NCBI GenBank assembly: GCA_964016885.1
Contig: OZ024740.1
Coordinates: forward strand, 407,588,001-407,652,000
Direction of reading: 5' to 3'
Source: Eledone cirrhosa
Lineage: Eukaryota
Length of the DNA: 64,000 bases
Below the pieces are notes generated by a model that saw nothing but the letters and a program-made list of their open reading frames with translations, ran no database searches and had not been told where the DNA came from. Positions 23,201 to 38,200 of the stretch are shown piece after piece. The number at the start of each line of letters is the position of its first letter. Position 1 is the first letter of the stretch. Position numbers and translations under genes: made by a program.

Positions 23201-26200
23201 GTTGTCATCTACCACGTAGTTTTTTATGAGGCTGATTACTTGTAAGAAAACTGAAAATTAATAATATTATGATATTATTATAATATTATTATTATTCACT
23301 CATGAATACAATATATAACTACTTACTTGAATATTGTCTGGACAGCAACAATTGTATTACAATCTGATAAGGTATCTTCTTCTGCTGAATTTGAACTTTC
23401 TTTATTCACAATGACCACATTATCAGCAAGAGTGATGCCAGCTCTAAGAAGATCATCTAGGCTATAAAAATAAATAGGAATATGTAAATAAATATTAAAA
23501 TATCTACAGAAAGTAATATAAAGTCTTAATATATAATGAAATTAATTGATAATAATATATTTCTGATATGCCAAATATCTTTATTTCTGGTAAGATAAAT
23601 GGGTATGGTAGGTACTTTTCATTAGAAGATGAAAGAACAATTCTTAAGACATTACATTATTTCTAAAGGTTATAATAATAGAAGTCAGCAAATTAATGGC
23701 TCTTGAATAACAAGTTTGCACTTCGAAGAAGGAGCTGCATTGTTTAAAATGTATAATATTAGCACCGTCATATCGTCAAAGACATAGTCTTTGGATTCTT
23801 TGTATTAACTATCTAGCAATAAGATTTGCTAATTTCATTCCACCTTTCTTTTAACTGTAGTCAGACTTTGTTGGGTAAAGACAGTTTTCTTTTAAAAACC
23901 AGAATATTAAGAAGACTTTACAAGAGAGAGATGTCTGTTCTCTGGAACAATCATTATTTTTATTTCCGATCTTTTTTTTTTATTTCACTCTAGATTTAGA
24001 CATCTTTGTTTCCTGCAATATTTCTTTTAAGGTAAAGTCTTTCTCAAATAGAATATTCATAAATAAGAAAGATATTTGCTCACCATTCTATTGATCCTAA
24101 CATCCAGTAGACTAATGGAAAGTAACATATTGTCTCTAAGAAATTAGTGTCTGGTCTGAAATAATGGAATATAATTAAAGTTGATTATAAGATATACAAG
24201 TTATTCTCTAGAGACCAAATAGAGGAAAAAATAAATATGAAAGTTTGAAAAGAAAATTCAGAAAATTGCAATTTTTAATAATAGGGGTTTATCATATTAG
24301 CACAAAGAGGGAATCAGTCAAATAAATTAGTGCAATACTTGACTGGTACTTATTTTACTTAAATTAATTAATTTTATCCCTCTAAATTTCAGGACATAGA
24401 AGTCTGAAACTAAATGTTAGATATTTAACCCAACATTACTGTTTCTCCTACTTCACTAACCTTTTCTATAAAATAGGAAATATAACATAAAAAAATAAAG
24501 GAAAATGGGAAATGGGAAAGGGGTTGGCTCCAAAATACCTGGCACCAAACATTCCAGGAAGACCTCAAGCACACAGGAACCAATTAGACAGGTGTGGAGA
24601 GAACTGAAGCAAATCAACCATGCTGGTAGTAACTTGCTGCCTTGTGGGTTTTAAAATGTGGGAAGATCTAAATAAGTCTGTATAATAATAATTATTATTT
24701 CACAAGGGCGGTGGATTGGCAGTATTGGTAGAGGGTTGGACGCCATGCTTTCCAGCATAGTTATGTCCCTTTGCGGTCTGAGTTCAAATCCTGCCGAGGT
24801 TAACTTTGCCTTTCATTCTTATGAGGTCGATAAAATAAAGTACCAGTAATGTACTGGGTAATTGATGGGCTTGTGTCAAAAGTAGAAACAATTATTTCAC
24901 TAGTCTTATTTTATTGTGTACTTTTTCCTTCATAATCAAATGAAGTTTCATGTGTTACTTTAGGTTCATGCAGTCTTTTGTTTTGGTTTTCTGTTTTCCA
25001 CTTTTATTGTGTTTGCAGTTCTAGTGCTGTTTTCTGTGCAAGTTCAACGGTTTTGATAACATGTATATCTGCATCTATCTTTATCATTCTTGAGGAACCA
25101 ATAATTATGAGATTTGTTTCTATTTTCAATAACAATAGTCTGGTTATGTTTATGTCAATATAAAGTTATTCTTATAATATTGGATAATTTATAGGAAAGT
25201 TTAATAAGTCTAATTAGCATAAGGTATGAAGAACTCGGTGTCTTTGGCTGCAAGTTATTTTGTTTTGAATGGAGAACTTTAAAATTCCTAATAAGATTTA
25301 AAAAAAAGTGAAGTTTAACTCAAGAATAAAAATCATGCTACAATCATTTTTTTTTCTTCCAGATTAGACCAGTTCACAGCAGACATGCTAAAAATTGTTG
25401 AGTAAGGGTAAGAAGGATAAATAATTAGAGCTTTAAGGATTGTGTGAAATATATTTTATTGCAAAACCAGTTCAATCGGATTTTGTGAAAATTTGGTAAC
25501 AGTAAAAAGAGTAACAATGAGATTCACTCATAGTAACTTGCTAATGATCAGAGTTTGGTGGCAAAGGGAAACACAATAATCTCTGACTTACACCTGATAT
25601 ACAAATGATCCTGATATTTCCCTGAAGTAGATTCTATATTAAATCAGGAAAAATAGATGAAAAGCTAACATTAGGTACTGCTAGATTACATGCGATTTCA
25701 ATTGGAATAGTTTTACTGGACAAAATATTTGTTTTCTATTAACATTAAGTTAAGTTTTGAAACCTAATATCAATAAAAATGTTTAAAATCTCATCATTAT
25801 TATTGTTTTCTTAATATGAAATAGGTTATTTACTAGTATAATTTTCTGGGGTAGGTCTTATATTTAAAACAAAAAGTTAAAACTCTGGAAATGCATGTTT
25901 CTGAAGTTTGTTATCTTGGCCAAGATAAAGGTAATCTTATATATTAATGCATATATCTTTAACAAAAATATATTCACTTAAAAGAAAAATATTCTGTTAT
26001 CATTACAGAAAATTTTATTATATTTAAGATTTTATAAATAAGAAAACGCAAAGTATAAGCAACAGCAAATATTCTCTAACACAAATGATAGATTAAATTT
26101 TACTGATAATTTTATAAGTGAAGTTTGAAAAGATCCTCAAAGAGAAAATAGTTATAGATTTTTATGACACAAGAAACATAAATTGCTACATAAATAATGG

Positions 26201-27531
26201 AAACAAATTAAATACTTTATTTGTGGTAGAGTTCTTTTCTTTTTGACACTCTATTTTGTCACTCTATTGTCACTGTAGGTTTAACTTTATACTGAAATTA
26301 TTAAATATATTGTTTTAATTTACCCCATAAAAATTAAAGAAAAAAATTAGAATTTAGAAGGTTTTATTCATTTATGTAACAAAATGTTTAAAAAGAAATG
26401 CTGAAAAGAATACTTACTTTTTTTCCAAAAGTAATACTATTGGGTTGAGAGTATGTTTAGGGCGAGCATGAGATCGGAGAGGCACAATAAAGTTGTACAA
26501 ACCATTACTAGCATTATCAGCAGCTATAATAATTGCTCGGTTTGGCCAGTTATAATCTTTTGCATTGTTATAACTGCAATGTTCACATGTCTATAAGCAC
26601 AAAACATTTAAAACAAAATACCATTAAATAAAAGATAGGTTTCTTTATTTAAATAAAAGATAATGAACTGAAGTAGTCTACAACATTAAATATAACTTTT
26701 AAAAATGATTATATTTAATAGTCATAAATTATAGAATAATGGTAAAGAGAAACTAACAATTTATACAAGGAATATATAACAATTTTGAATAAGTTTTACT
26801 GATAATGATTTTATGAAGACATAAAAATGATAAATTGACCGTTTTTATTGAATTATTAATTCGTAAATAGCTAAAATATGTTAGTTAAAAACAAAATAAA
26901 ATAACTGAAAATAAATTCAGAAAATTTAATATTTTACCGTAGCTAACTGTAAACAACAAAGTGGCCGTTTTTCTCTAAGAAGGTGACATAAGGTGGGACT
27001 TGTACCAATGTATGGAGTAACTGGAGGGAATCCTCGAATATAACTGAAGAATAAAATAAAAAAATTTGAATTTTGAAGCTTTGTCATATCTGCAATAACA
27101 TCAATATTACTCATGATTTTAATGTATATTTTGCAGCTAATGAATATTTTTATGATATATTTCAATTTATAAATCAATAAGCATTTATGAACAAATTTAA
27201 CACTTATAAAATTATTCAAGCGATTGTGTAATCTAAATATGGGAAAATATATTTTTCAGTTGAAAATGTAAATTCAGGATGTTTTAAAATAACATATTTC
27301 GAATTCGGCAAAATAAAGAACCAAATTTTGATGCAAATTTGATGCATTTCTTGATATTTGAGTAATGAGTTTTTAAAATGGCTTATGTATTTTAATTTAA
27401 TCAGTGATTTTTCTGTATTTCATTTTAAATTATTAAACATGTTTGAAATGTATGCCTAACACACACACATACATACACACATATTGTCATCACCATCATC
27501 ATCATTGTTTAACGTCCATCTTTCACGCTAG

Positions 27532-27585
<54 letters not shown>

Positions 27586-29952
27586 TTCTAATTGAGAAAG
27601 TGTTTGTTTTTTGTAGCCTAACTTTATTATTATAACTTATTGTGAAATTGATAAAAGCAGTTGCTATTAACAATTGCATATATATATATATATATGAGAG
27701 ATAGAGAGAGAGAGAGAGAGAGATGGGGGGGGGGGAGATGGATAGGGTTTATCAGATTGTTACTATCGATAAGATTGAAGGACATTTTCATTTTGTTTCC
27801 ATATGCCTTAGTTCATAAATTGGAATTTTGTATCCAATTTCTTTAAGGCCTAGATGAAAAGAAGGAGCAGTGTCCATGACCTATATAGGTCCTCTGTAAT
27901 TGGTCAAATTGATACAGTTCTGGGGAGGAAGGAATGGGTGGACTGGTTAGTGTGAGGAGAGTGAGATGAGAGATAGTGTGGGTAATGAGAAGACAGATGG
28001 ATGTTTAGGATGGAGGTGGAATGCAACAAGCTATTTATGAGCAGCAGAATTCTTTGCAGTGATGGTAGAATATGAATTGTAGAGACAGTAGATTAGAGAG
28101 CTAGAGGTGAAAAAACTATATTTAGAGAAATATTCATAGTAATACAAAGGAAAAGTCATATCAAAAGATCAACTTTGAATCAATTTTATACAAACTCTTC
28201 TATACACAGTATGATTATATCTACAGCACAGAATGAATTATAATTAACTGGGTGATGTCTAAAAACATCTGACTGATAAAATGACAAGTCAGTCAATCAT
28301 ATTGGTGGCCTCCCCACTGCCCTGGCGGACAGATTGGAGAAGGTGTTTCCCCAGAGGACGGCAAGGGAGCCTTCTTTTGGTTGTGATCAAGGATGTTTGT
28401 TTGCATAGCAGCAGCACTGCTCCAGATATGAGAGTAGTATTTCATTGTGGATCTCATTTGATTATTGTAAAAATAAGCTTGGGATTCTGCTGAAGTATAT
28501 TTGGATTTTGAAGAGGTGCAGAATGTAGCTTTTGATATTTTAGGAATATGAGATTATGAGAAAAAAAAATCATCACACCAATAACATGTAGATCAATTAC
28601 TGATAATGGCAAGATTGAGGATGGTGGTGCTGATGATCCTTTTTGTTTGGAATGTTGCTCCTATTTGATCAAATAATCTGGGATGTCAGGGTTAAAACAT
28701 CAGCAATTTCAATTCATAGAATATTATATATACCAACTTGAACCACTCTACTAATACTCTTGTGATGATCTTGGAAAAGCCAAGAATATCACAAATTCTC
28801 TTTTCCATTTATATAAATTTAATATTTGTTGCTAATATGATATATCTTCAAAGGAAATTACTGAAAATTTATTCAATATTTGCCATTTTGTTTTCAATGT
28901 AACATTTGTATTTTACATTACAATCTTAAATTCCAAAATAGTACTTACTCTAAGTGTATACTATTACTCCAGTTACCATCTGTCTGTTCACTTTCTGAAT
29001 AATCTGTTTCATCTGTGTCAGAATCGGAGTCTCCCATCCTTAAATGTAGATTGATGGAATCTAGTACAGCAGGTACAGGAGCAATGCTTGGCCGTTTTTG
29101 AAGACTTTGGATATTTAACTCTTTTGGTAAATCTAATGGTGATCGTTTACTGTCTTGTCGGTTTAAACAGGACCTTGGTGAATTGACCTTTGTATGTTGT
29201 AGTTCTAATGCAACAGTACCTAGATTTATAAGAAAAGAAAGATTTTTAACTATTGTAGTTAATAATTATTATGATGAAATATATTGACATAGTTAATTAG
29301 AAATTAATGTCTGCTGAAGATACAGACAAAACATACATATATATATAACCCATGCAAGTATAGAAAAACAGATGTAAAAATGACAATGATGATAATATAG
29401 TAACAGGGGCACAGCTAATTTCAAAATGTTTCAAAAATTAAATAAGGTTGAAGGACAGATCAATAAATAATAGAGAACACGAGAAAAATGTTCATGTGAG
29501 TCCTCAACAGATTGCACAGATTGTGTTCAAAGAATTAAGCATCACTATATGTGAATAAAAAATTTTGGTTTATAGATTATCACGTTTGGTTCTGTTATTT
29601 AAATAAAGCCAAGAAAATCTAGTTTATATAACTGATAACAGAACTTGACTTCAGATCACTTCAGTTTTTTAATTTTGTACAGCTATTAAAGATTATAAGA
29701 AGCAAGCTCAAGAGGGAAAAAGTAAACAGAAGATAATTAAGCTACAAGCTTATTTTGTTATAGATGTAATATCAAAAGATTTGGAGAAATAGAAAAATCC
29801 ACAAAATATGCACATTGTCAATCTGCGTTACATATAAATATGATCAATTCAGAAAAATCTCTGAATGTCAGAAAAGTTGCCTTTTTTCTGTATTCTACTA
29901 TGAAGGTATGTAACAATTATTACAAGTGTTAATTTTCTCTGAATCACCTACA

Positions 29953-30040
<88 letters not shown>

Positions 30041-33000
30041 AAAAGGGACAGAGAAAATTAAGATATACACTGACCTACACTTGCAATCATACTTGCAACT
30101 CTGGAAGCTTGCTCTGCACCTTGAGGAAGGCGAGCTTTATCCCCTTTTGGATCTTCTTGGTTTGGATGTGCAAGAATAAAAGCAGAATTTTCTTCTTTTG
30201 TAATATTCATGTAGAAACAAATATCAGAACTTCTCATGATATGTCGGGGTCCTGGATTTAGCTGGATGGTTGAGTTATGAATATCTTGCTGGATTCCAAC
30301 AAGACTTACCCCATACCTATTATGAAAGAAAATTAATATAATATATGTAGTGTATATAAATATATACACAATATGAATTAAGCACTTTCTTTGTGAACCA
30401 ACAATTGTCCCTACTTTTAGCTAGCTAGACTGAGGCCTGTTGAATCTAGAAAGACTAAACATTCTGCTATCTCCTTGATATTATGCCACACCGGAAAAAT
30501 TTAGCTGATAAAGAGAAAAGTGTATAAAGTATATGGAAATTAAAAACTTTATTAATATTTAAAACTTGGACTCAAGTTTAAATGACCAATTGAAAACCTT
30601 AAAACTTTGAATTCTGCTATATTTTAAATATTTGAATCTCTTATCCTCAATAAGGAAGATACTGGATGAGAAGGTTTTCTCTGTTGGTGCCATCGCTCTT
30701 TTTAAGTTTTAGATTTTTGAGAATTCTGATTATATTTCTAATTTTGTTTCACATTTGGATTGCAAAATCTTATTCCTAATATAAAATATTTATAAACAAC
30801 ACTATAAAAACATATACATTCTTTTAGAAAACCTTTCTTATGATTTTCAGTAAAATGCTAAAACACACTTACTTTCGATGAGCATGGAAAGAAGCAAAAG
30901 TGAAACTTTTGCCTTCATATTCTCCAAAGAACTTGCTGTCCCCAAGTTTTATATGATATATTTCATTTCCTGACCCCCTACCATAAAGACGATGCCAATC
31001 AGCATTTGAAGTTTGTCCTTCTCTGAAAAATATAAACTCACCAGGTAAACAACCATTAACATGAAAATCAATAAAATAAAAGTGATAGAGATGTTGAAAA
31101 TATGTTAAGAATATTTTACTTAATATTACATTCTGTTTATCTAAGTTTTTCTTTTAACAATTCAAGGTAGAGTTTGCATATATTAATTAAGGTGGTTAAA
31201 TATATAATGGATTCATTAACACAATCAGAAGATTCTTAATTCTTACTCTGTCAAACACTACAATAACAAAAGGCAACAGTGTTACTTTTATAAAAAACGA
31301 TCAGTAGCCCAGTAACTTCAACCTATTTTGTCTTATCTACTAGAATATAGTGATACAAATATTGAATATTGTTTCTAACCTTTTTAATTGATTCAGTAAT
31401 ATATTTGAAATATATTTTACTAACTAATCATATTTTAAAGCTTGGCTAATCATCTACTTACACATATAACCCAAATTCTGAAAAATTTAAATATAAATTT
31501 TAATTAATAATTAAAATATTTTCTGAATTATTAAAACAACATTAATGGCTGTTTTATTGTAGTGATTCTAATGATAATAAATTGCTATCGTTACTTTTAT
31601 ATAATAGATTTTTTCAGAAAGAGGGAGAGAACTACTAAGATATTAATGGTGGTCCTAGAGACACAGTGTGCATCCAGTGATGTAGCTAGAGTGTGTGCCG
31701 CCCAGAGCTTCAGTTTGCCGTCCCCAGGCCCCCACCAAAAATACATATTGCTCAGTGACTAATTCTTAAAGTTATATATATATATATATATGTGAAACGA
31801 TGCAGGACCTACCCACTCTACTACCCCAAGTATTGAGTACTCTAGTGGGTTATAGTCTAGCTGGTTTTTACCACACTTTATCTGATATATATGATATATA
31901 TGATATATGATATATATATATATATATATATAAACTAGCCTGCGTACAATTATATTATGCTGCAGCATTAAAAGAACGCTTATAGCCTACAGCAGACCCA
32001 AAAGTTCTTCTCTCATAAAAGTGTCACCCAGGATGGGCCCCCCCCCCCCTCCCCCTTAGCTACACTACTGGCGGCATCTGTGAGAAGATACAGACCATCA
32101 AACATTTAGATGGACTGTATAAGCTGAAATTTATGGTATTATTTGATCAGACAAAAGTCAGTAGACTAAAGTAATTTGATATGTAAAGTTCATTATATAA
32201 TTATCAAATCTAAAATGAACAGAAATTTGAATTATAAATGAAATATTTCTTACAATCCTCGAGATGTATGTAATAAGAGGGTCACAAATGTTGATGTTCC
32301 AGGACAAAGGCAATTATTGGCAAGAAGAGCATATTTAAATTCGTCTTCACAAACAATGTGTTCTGAAACAGTAAATTAAACATATAACAATATCCTTCTT
32401 TTTCTTTTAATTCATAGAAATTAGATATACTGCAAGTAGCCTGAAAACAATACCAAGACAGTCATTATACATAGATAATATACACCACCATTCATTCTCT
32501 GTTAATAACAACACAAAGTTAAAACCATTACAAGTTTTACAAATGTTAAGCCTCACAATTTCTGAGAAAATTTTGTCTAATGACCACAAATATATAATTG
32601 TTTCTACTTTTGGCACAAGGCCAGCAATTATCCCAGTGCATTACTGGTACTTTATTTTATTGACCCCGTAAGGATGAAAGGCAAATATAACCTTGGCGGG
32701 ATTTGAACTCAGATCGTAAAGGCCCGTAACTCTATGCTGCAAAGCATGGCATCCGACCATCCAATGATACTGCCAATCCACAAATATATAATATGGCCTA
32801 AACTGCATTAAACAATCTAGAGTTCTTCTTTAGTGCTATAGAATGATTTAACTTGGATCCGTTACTAATTCTATACAAAGTGTAAGTATGTCTCTCATTA
32901 AAGTACTGCTCATATACTAGGAAGGTGCTACACATGTAAACATCTGGCTAATTGGTAAATATTCCCCTATCAACAAAGCACAGCCATTAGCCTACCTAAA

Positions 33001-35158
33001 TATTAGATCTTCTCTTTACATTTTCTACAAATGCTACAAGGAATTCTGAAGTAGAAAGATCTGTACCACTCTGTCTAATTCTTTTCCAATGCATCCTTAT
33101 TTATTTTGTATCTCATTCACTAATACTTCAACCAATGTTTCATTTCTACTCTCACTGCCTACATTTTTTTACAAACAGAAGTTGAAGCTGAATACCAACT
33201 ATATTGAGTTCACGAGTCTAGTAGGGCTTACAAACGTTATGTCTTGGCTCATCATTACGCAGATTAAATATAATCTTTAAAAAAAGAGAAAAAAGACAGT
33301 GAGATCTAATCTTAAGAAAATTCAATTTGTACTTGAAACGAGAGAAAGACTCATACCTTATATAAAAATAGATTTTTAATAAGCGACTATGGTGTAAGAT
33401 TTACATACCAGCAAATTTGACATGGAATTTATTTTCGGGTCGGAAAATTTGGACATATAGAGGACATAATGGTGCAAAATCTTTTACTGCCCATGATCTA
33501 AGAATTGTGTGTTGGTCCTAGAAGAACAAAAGCAACAAACAATATATAATTATCCCCAGTACAAATCAAATTTTATTTCAAAGAAAAAAGATAAAAGATA
33601 GATATTATGTCCAAAGATATATATGTACATTGTCAAGCAATTCGATATATTTATAGCTCATATTATGAAGTTTCTTATTAAAGTTAAATTACAAGTCCTT
33701 GTAAATAAAAATTAGAATCTATTTCAGAAAAATGATAAAATATTAAAGAATTTTAATATCACTGGGATGCAACATTGTAAAAGTAATAAAAAATATCTCG
33801 AGTAATGAAAATTTCATGTTAACACTGAAAAAAAACCCCACAAAAAACTTACAGCAGCATTTTTATCTGCATAATTCCGTGCAGCCAATATCATACAGGC
33901 CTCAGCATCTTGCATTCTAAATGAGAATAGGAAATTTGTTATTCATAAACAGTAATGATTCCTTATCATTTTTAAAATTCAATTTCCTATGCTGGCATGG
34001 GTTGATTGAAAATTTTGCGGTAGTGTTTTATAACCATATTCTCTTCCTTTTAGACACCTATTACAATACTCAAGGATATGGTATACTAATTTAAAAACAA
34101 CTGAAATACACACACATACATACACTCTGATATATTCTAATTGATTGCCTCACATAAAGCTCCGAGTAGCTCTGGATTTTACATAAATAAAAAAAATGTA
34201 CCACATGTGATGAGTATAATATTTTTCATTTAAATTTCTAAACATATCCTATTGAGCAGTTAGATTTTAGCAAACAAGAAGTTATCTCACACTTACACAC
34301 TATAGTGACTTGTGTCTAACGAAAAGACATCCTTAACAATTCCTTGTTATAAAAGCAATGAACTCATACAAATATAAAAAATTATTCATTAAAATATTGT
34401 TAATAATGAATAATTTCATACATGTGAACATCTCTTGAAATTTAATGATAATTAACTGGGCATAAAGTTAAAGTTATGGAATTGAAATTTGTTGAATATA
34501 AATAGGATCAAATAATGAATGGAAAATATTTGCATGTTTAACCCTTTAGCATTCCATTCACATTACTCTTTCACAGTAAAGGATTTATCTCACATAATTA
34601 TCTCACATAATATTGAATCTATGAGATTTTGAAGATATTTATTTTGAGAACAATACCTTAATATCAGTATGAGTAGCTAGTTATGGCCAGTTTGAACAGA
34701 AAGAGGTGAGAGAATTCTGGCCGGATATGGCCAGTTTATATGCTAAAGGGTTAATCAAATTAGGCTAATTCCAAAAAATATGTGCTGTCTTTATAGAAAT
34801 CATTAGAATTTTGCAGCAGCTTTTACAGCTACTTTCTATGTTTGCACTACAAAGTAATCCTGAGAAAAACAAAATACCTTATGTCTTAAATGGATAAAAG
34901 TAAAGACTGATAAATCTTTTTTTACAAAGTACATAATTTGTTTATATATGGATGTGTGTCCATCAGTATCTCTGCCTGTCTGCTGACATCTGAAAGCTGT
35001 TGTCCAGTTATCTAGTTAAAATGATGGGAAGGGATTTGTCATATCCAGAAGATATGGGTTTAATTCCTCATACCAGCTGATGGCAACTCCTTTTTCCGTC
35101 TTTTAAGGGTATTCACTCTGTTTTATAGCATTTCTGTGCTTGAGCACGTTCTTTGTAC

Positions 35159-35227
<69 letters not shown>

Positions 35228-38200
35228 TTCTCAGCGATTTAAAAGTAAAAAATTCAGCTTCGTACATTGTTTAATTAAAGTGTAAGACAATTAACAAAGA
35301 ATGAAAACAACAACATACCTGCACCTAGCAAGATCAGAATCTTTTAAAGCTGATCCCTGGATGTAGATGACTCTTTGTGCCCACAAAGGTACTTGTAATA
35401 GCATCTTCATTGTTGGGTCTAACTCACATGGTGATAATAGTACTACAAAGTAATCCTGAGAAAAACAAAATACCTTATGTCTTAAATGAATAAAAGTAAA
35501 GACTGATAAATCTTTTTTTACAAAGTTTTATGTATTATTTTAGATATTAATTTTTGAAAATAAGATAGGAAAGAGAAAAAAAGGAAAGAGTAAAAATGTT
35601 ATGTTTATAGCAAATGAACGAACATGATTGTGTTTTCTTCATATGTAGTCCCATCTCATTACTTTCACTGTTTAATTTATTTTTAATATTTGTTTCAGTT
35701 CATGAGCATCATTTGAGAAGATTTGTCAGCAAAATGTATGTAACCTAAATATCCACCATTTATTTTTATTTGTCTTTCATCCCATGAATAAATGACAGCA
35801 GATGGATAGATTGAAGACTGAGAAGACACATTCACAGAGTCAAAGAATACAGAAGATAAGAAAGAGAAATAAGATTGTAAAGTTTCATAGATGAAAGCAG
35901 CATAGAACAAGAACAATTGGCACCAGCTCCAGGAAGACTTCACTTTGCAGAGAGCACATAATGACTGAGAATGATGGCAATGATGAAGAGGAGGGGCGGG
36001 TAGGGGAGTAAGAAGAGATTTTCCAATTGAATTTGACCTCTTATTATGTCTACGTTACCCAGCTTAAAAGCATACATATATAATTTCTATTGCAAGTGAA
36101 TAAAATAATCAAACAATTGATTATTGCAAGTGTCTGTCTAAAATCAAATAAATGAAAATTTCTATATAATAATATTTTTCTGCTTCTTGAACACATTGGG
36201 ACACAGAGATACCTTAGGTGAGTTAACTTTCCAATCTATACCCATGGAAGGTGTTGCACATAGAGTTTTAAGCTACCAAAATGCCTCATTAGTTTTAAAG
36301 TCATTTTGGTTAAAGCAATGACCATTAAAAACTTTGTGGTACCTGTTTTTAAAGAAAGATAAATTGCTATATCTGCATCTGGTAATCAACTGAGTCAGTT
36401 GTAAATCTCTCAACCCTTCATTTATGTTGAGGACATGACAGCCACTTCAGTGTTGGTGATCTTCACAATAAAAGCACCCAGCACATACTGTGAAGTGGTT
36501 GGTGATAGGAAGTGCATCCAACCATAGAAAGCTTGCCGAACAAAACGTTGGGAAAACCTGCTAGTTGTGTCATAGACATGACAACGTCTCTAGTGTTGGT
36601 GCCATGATAAAATGCATTTGGTAAAACATAGAACAGTATATGAATGAGATGCCCCCTCCCCCAGCCTGTCTGGGAGGTCAGCAGCCTCGCTTCAGTACAG
36701 AGTCAGTTTATGAAGACCTGTCTAACCTTTGCTAGCAAGTGGATGTTAAATGATGATGATATTTAAAATGCAGCTGTTCCAATGTAAATGATTATAACAA
36801 CAGTCAATCTCTATAAATAATAGTTGAGAAAACTGAGTAGAGTACCCATGGAGATGGAAAAAAGTGTCTCCTACATCAACTATAAATATATATATTTATA
36901 TCATTTTGTGTCTGCTGTTTCATTTAGGGCTCCTATTTATATTAAAATCTCCCAACATAACTTTATACATGGACCATGTTGAAGAAAAATATATCAGCTA
37001 TATAAAAGTATAAGATTATTTTTACCTGAAGTTTAGGATGTGCATAGAATTCATTTAGAAAATCTAAAACTGTGTCCGCCTGTAAAGTTGTTGTACAAAC
37101 AACCACATGTTTTTCTGTTTGTGCCCGATGACTACTGTATGTCCCACCCTGCTTTTGTCTTTCTATCCATGTATAAGCAAGCTGCTCAAACTGAAAAACA
37201 AAGAATAAATTAACAAACCAATTATTAAACAGAATTTTGTAGGTAGACATAATTTAAAATATACTAGTGAGAATATTATTTCTCTCTTTATGTTATACAC
37301 TGAACAAATTCTGAATTTAAGAAAGTTGAATAGAGAGTGCTTAAAGAGTTGAGTGGGTTAATTGATGCTAAGAAATTTGGTTTATCAAAATAGATTAGAT
37401 ATAAAAGTAAAAGAATTACTTAAAAACATGAATTGATAATTTAATAATATATAATTCAAATAAGAAATTGCAGAAATGCATACAAAACATTAAAAGTTTA
37501 AATCAATTATAAATTAATTATTTATACTTTAGGCACAAGGCCAGCAATTACCCAGTACATTACTGGTACAAATTAATAAGATATAAAATGATAATATCTT
37601 ACTTGTCTAGGGAGTACAATCAGAGTTGTACAAATCATTATAATAACAAATAATTGACTGGGCCAGATATCTGGATTGATATCTCCATATCCAACTGTTG
37701 AGAAAGTAACTATGACAAACCAGAAAGCTTGGAAGAGATCTAACTGTTTTACACCACCTCGCTGTAGGTGTTGTATTCCACATGCACTACAAGAAAAGAA
37801 TATATCACATGTAAATAAATTGTAAAATACAACATATTATTATAAGTGACATTACATTGTATATTTTGTTATGATATACATAACATGATATCCAGTGTTT
37901 TGATAAATATTGGTTTCTGATTTAGTGCTTTGGTAAATATTGAGATACAATATATTGTAGTGATAACAGAGTAATTTAACCCTTTAGCAATTAAACTGGC
38001 CATATCTGGGCAGAATTATTTCACCTCTTTCTGTTCAAACTGGCCGTAACTCATACTGATGTTAAAGGTATTGTTCTCAAAATAAATAATATCAAAATCT
38101 CATAGATTTGACATTATGTGAGATAATTATGTGAGGTAAAGCCTTTACCATGAAAATAAAATAGTAAATATAGTGTAAAGTAAATGTTAAAGGGTTAAGT

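Noticed and set aside
34994-35078. Possible tRNA relic (GGGTTTAATTCC, B-box-like)
   Set aside because: Cannot be folded into a cloverleaf; too degenerate to call
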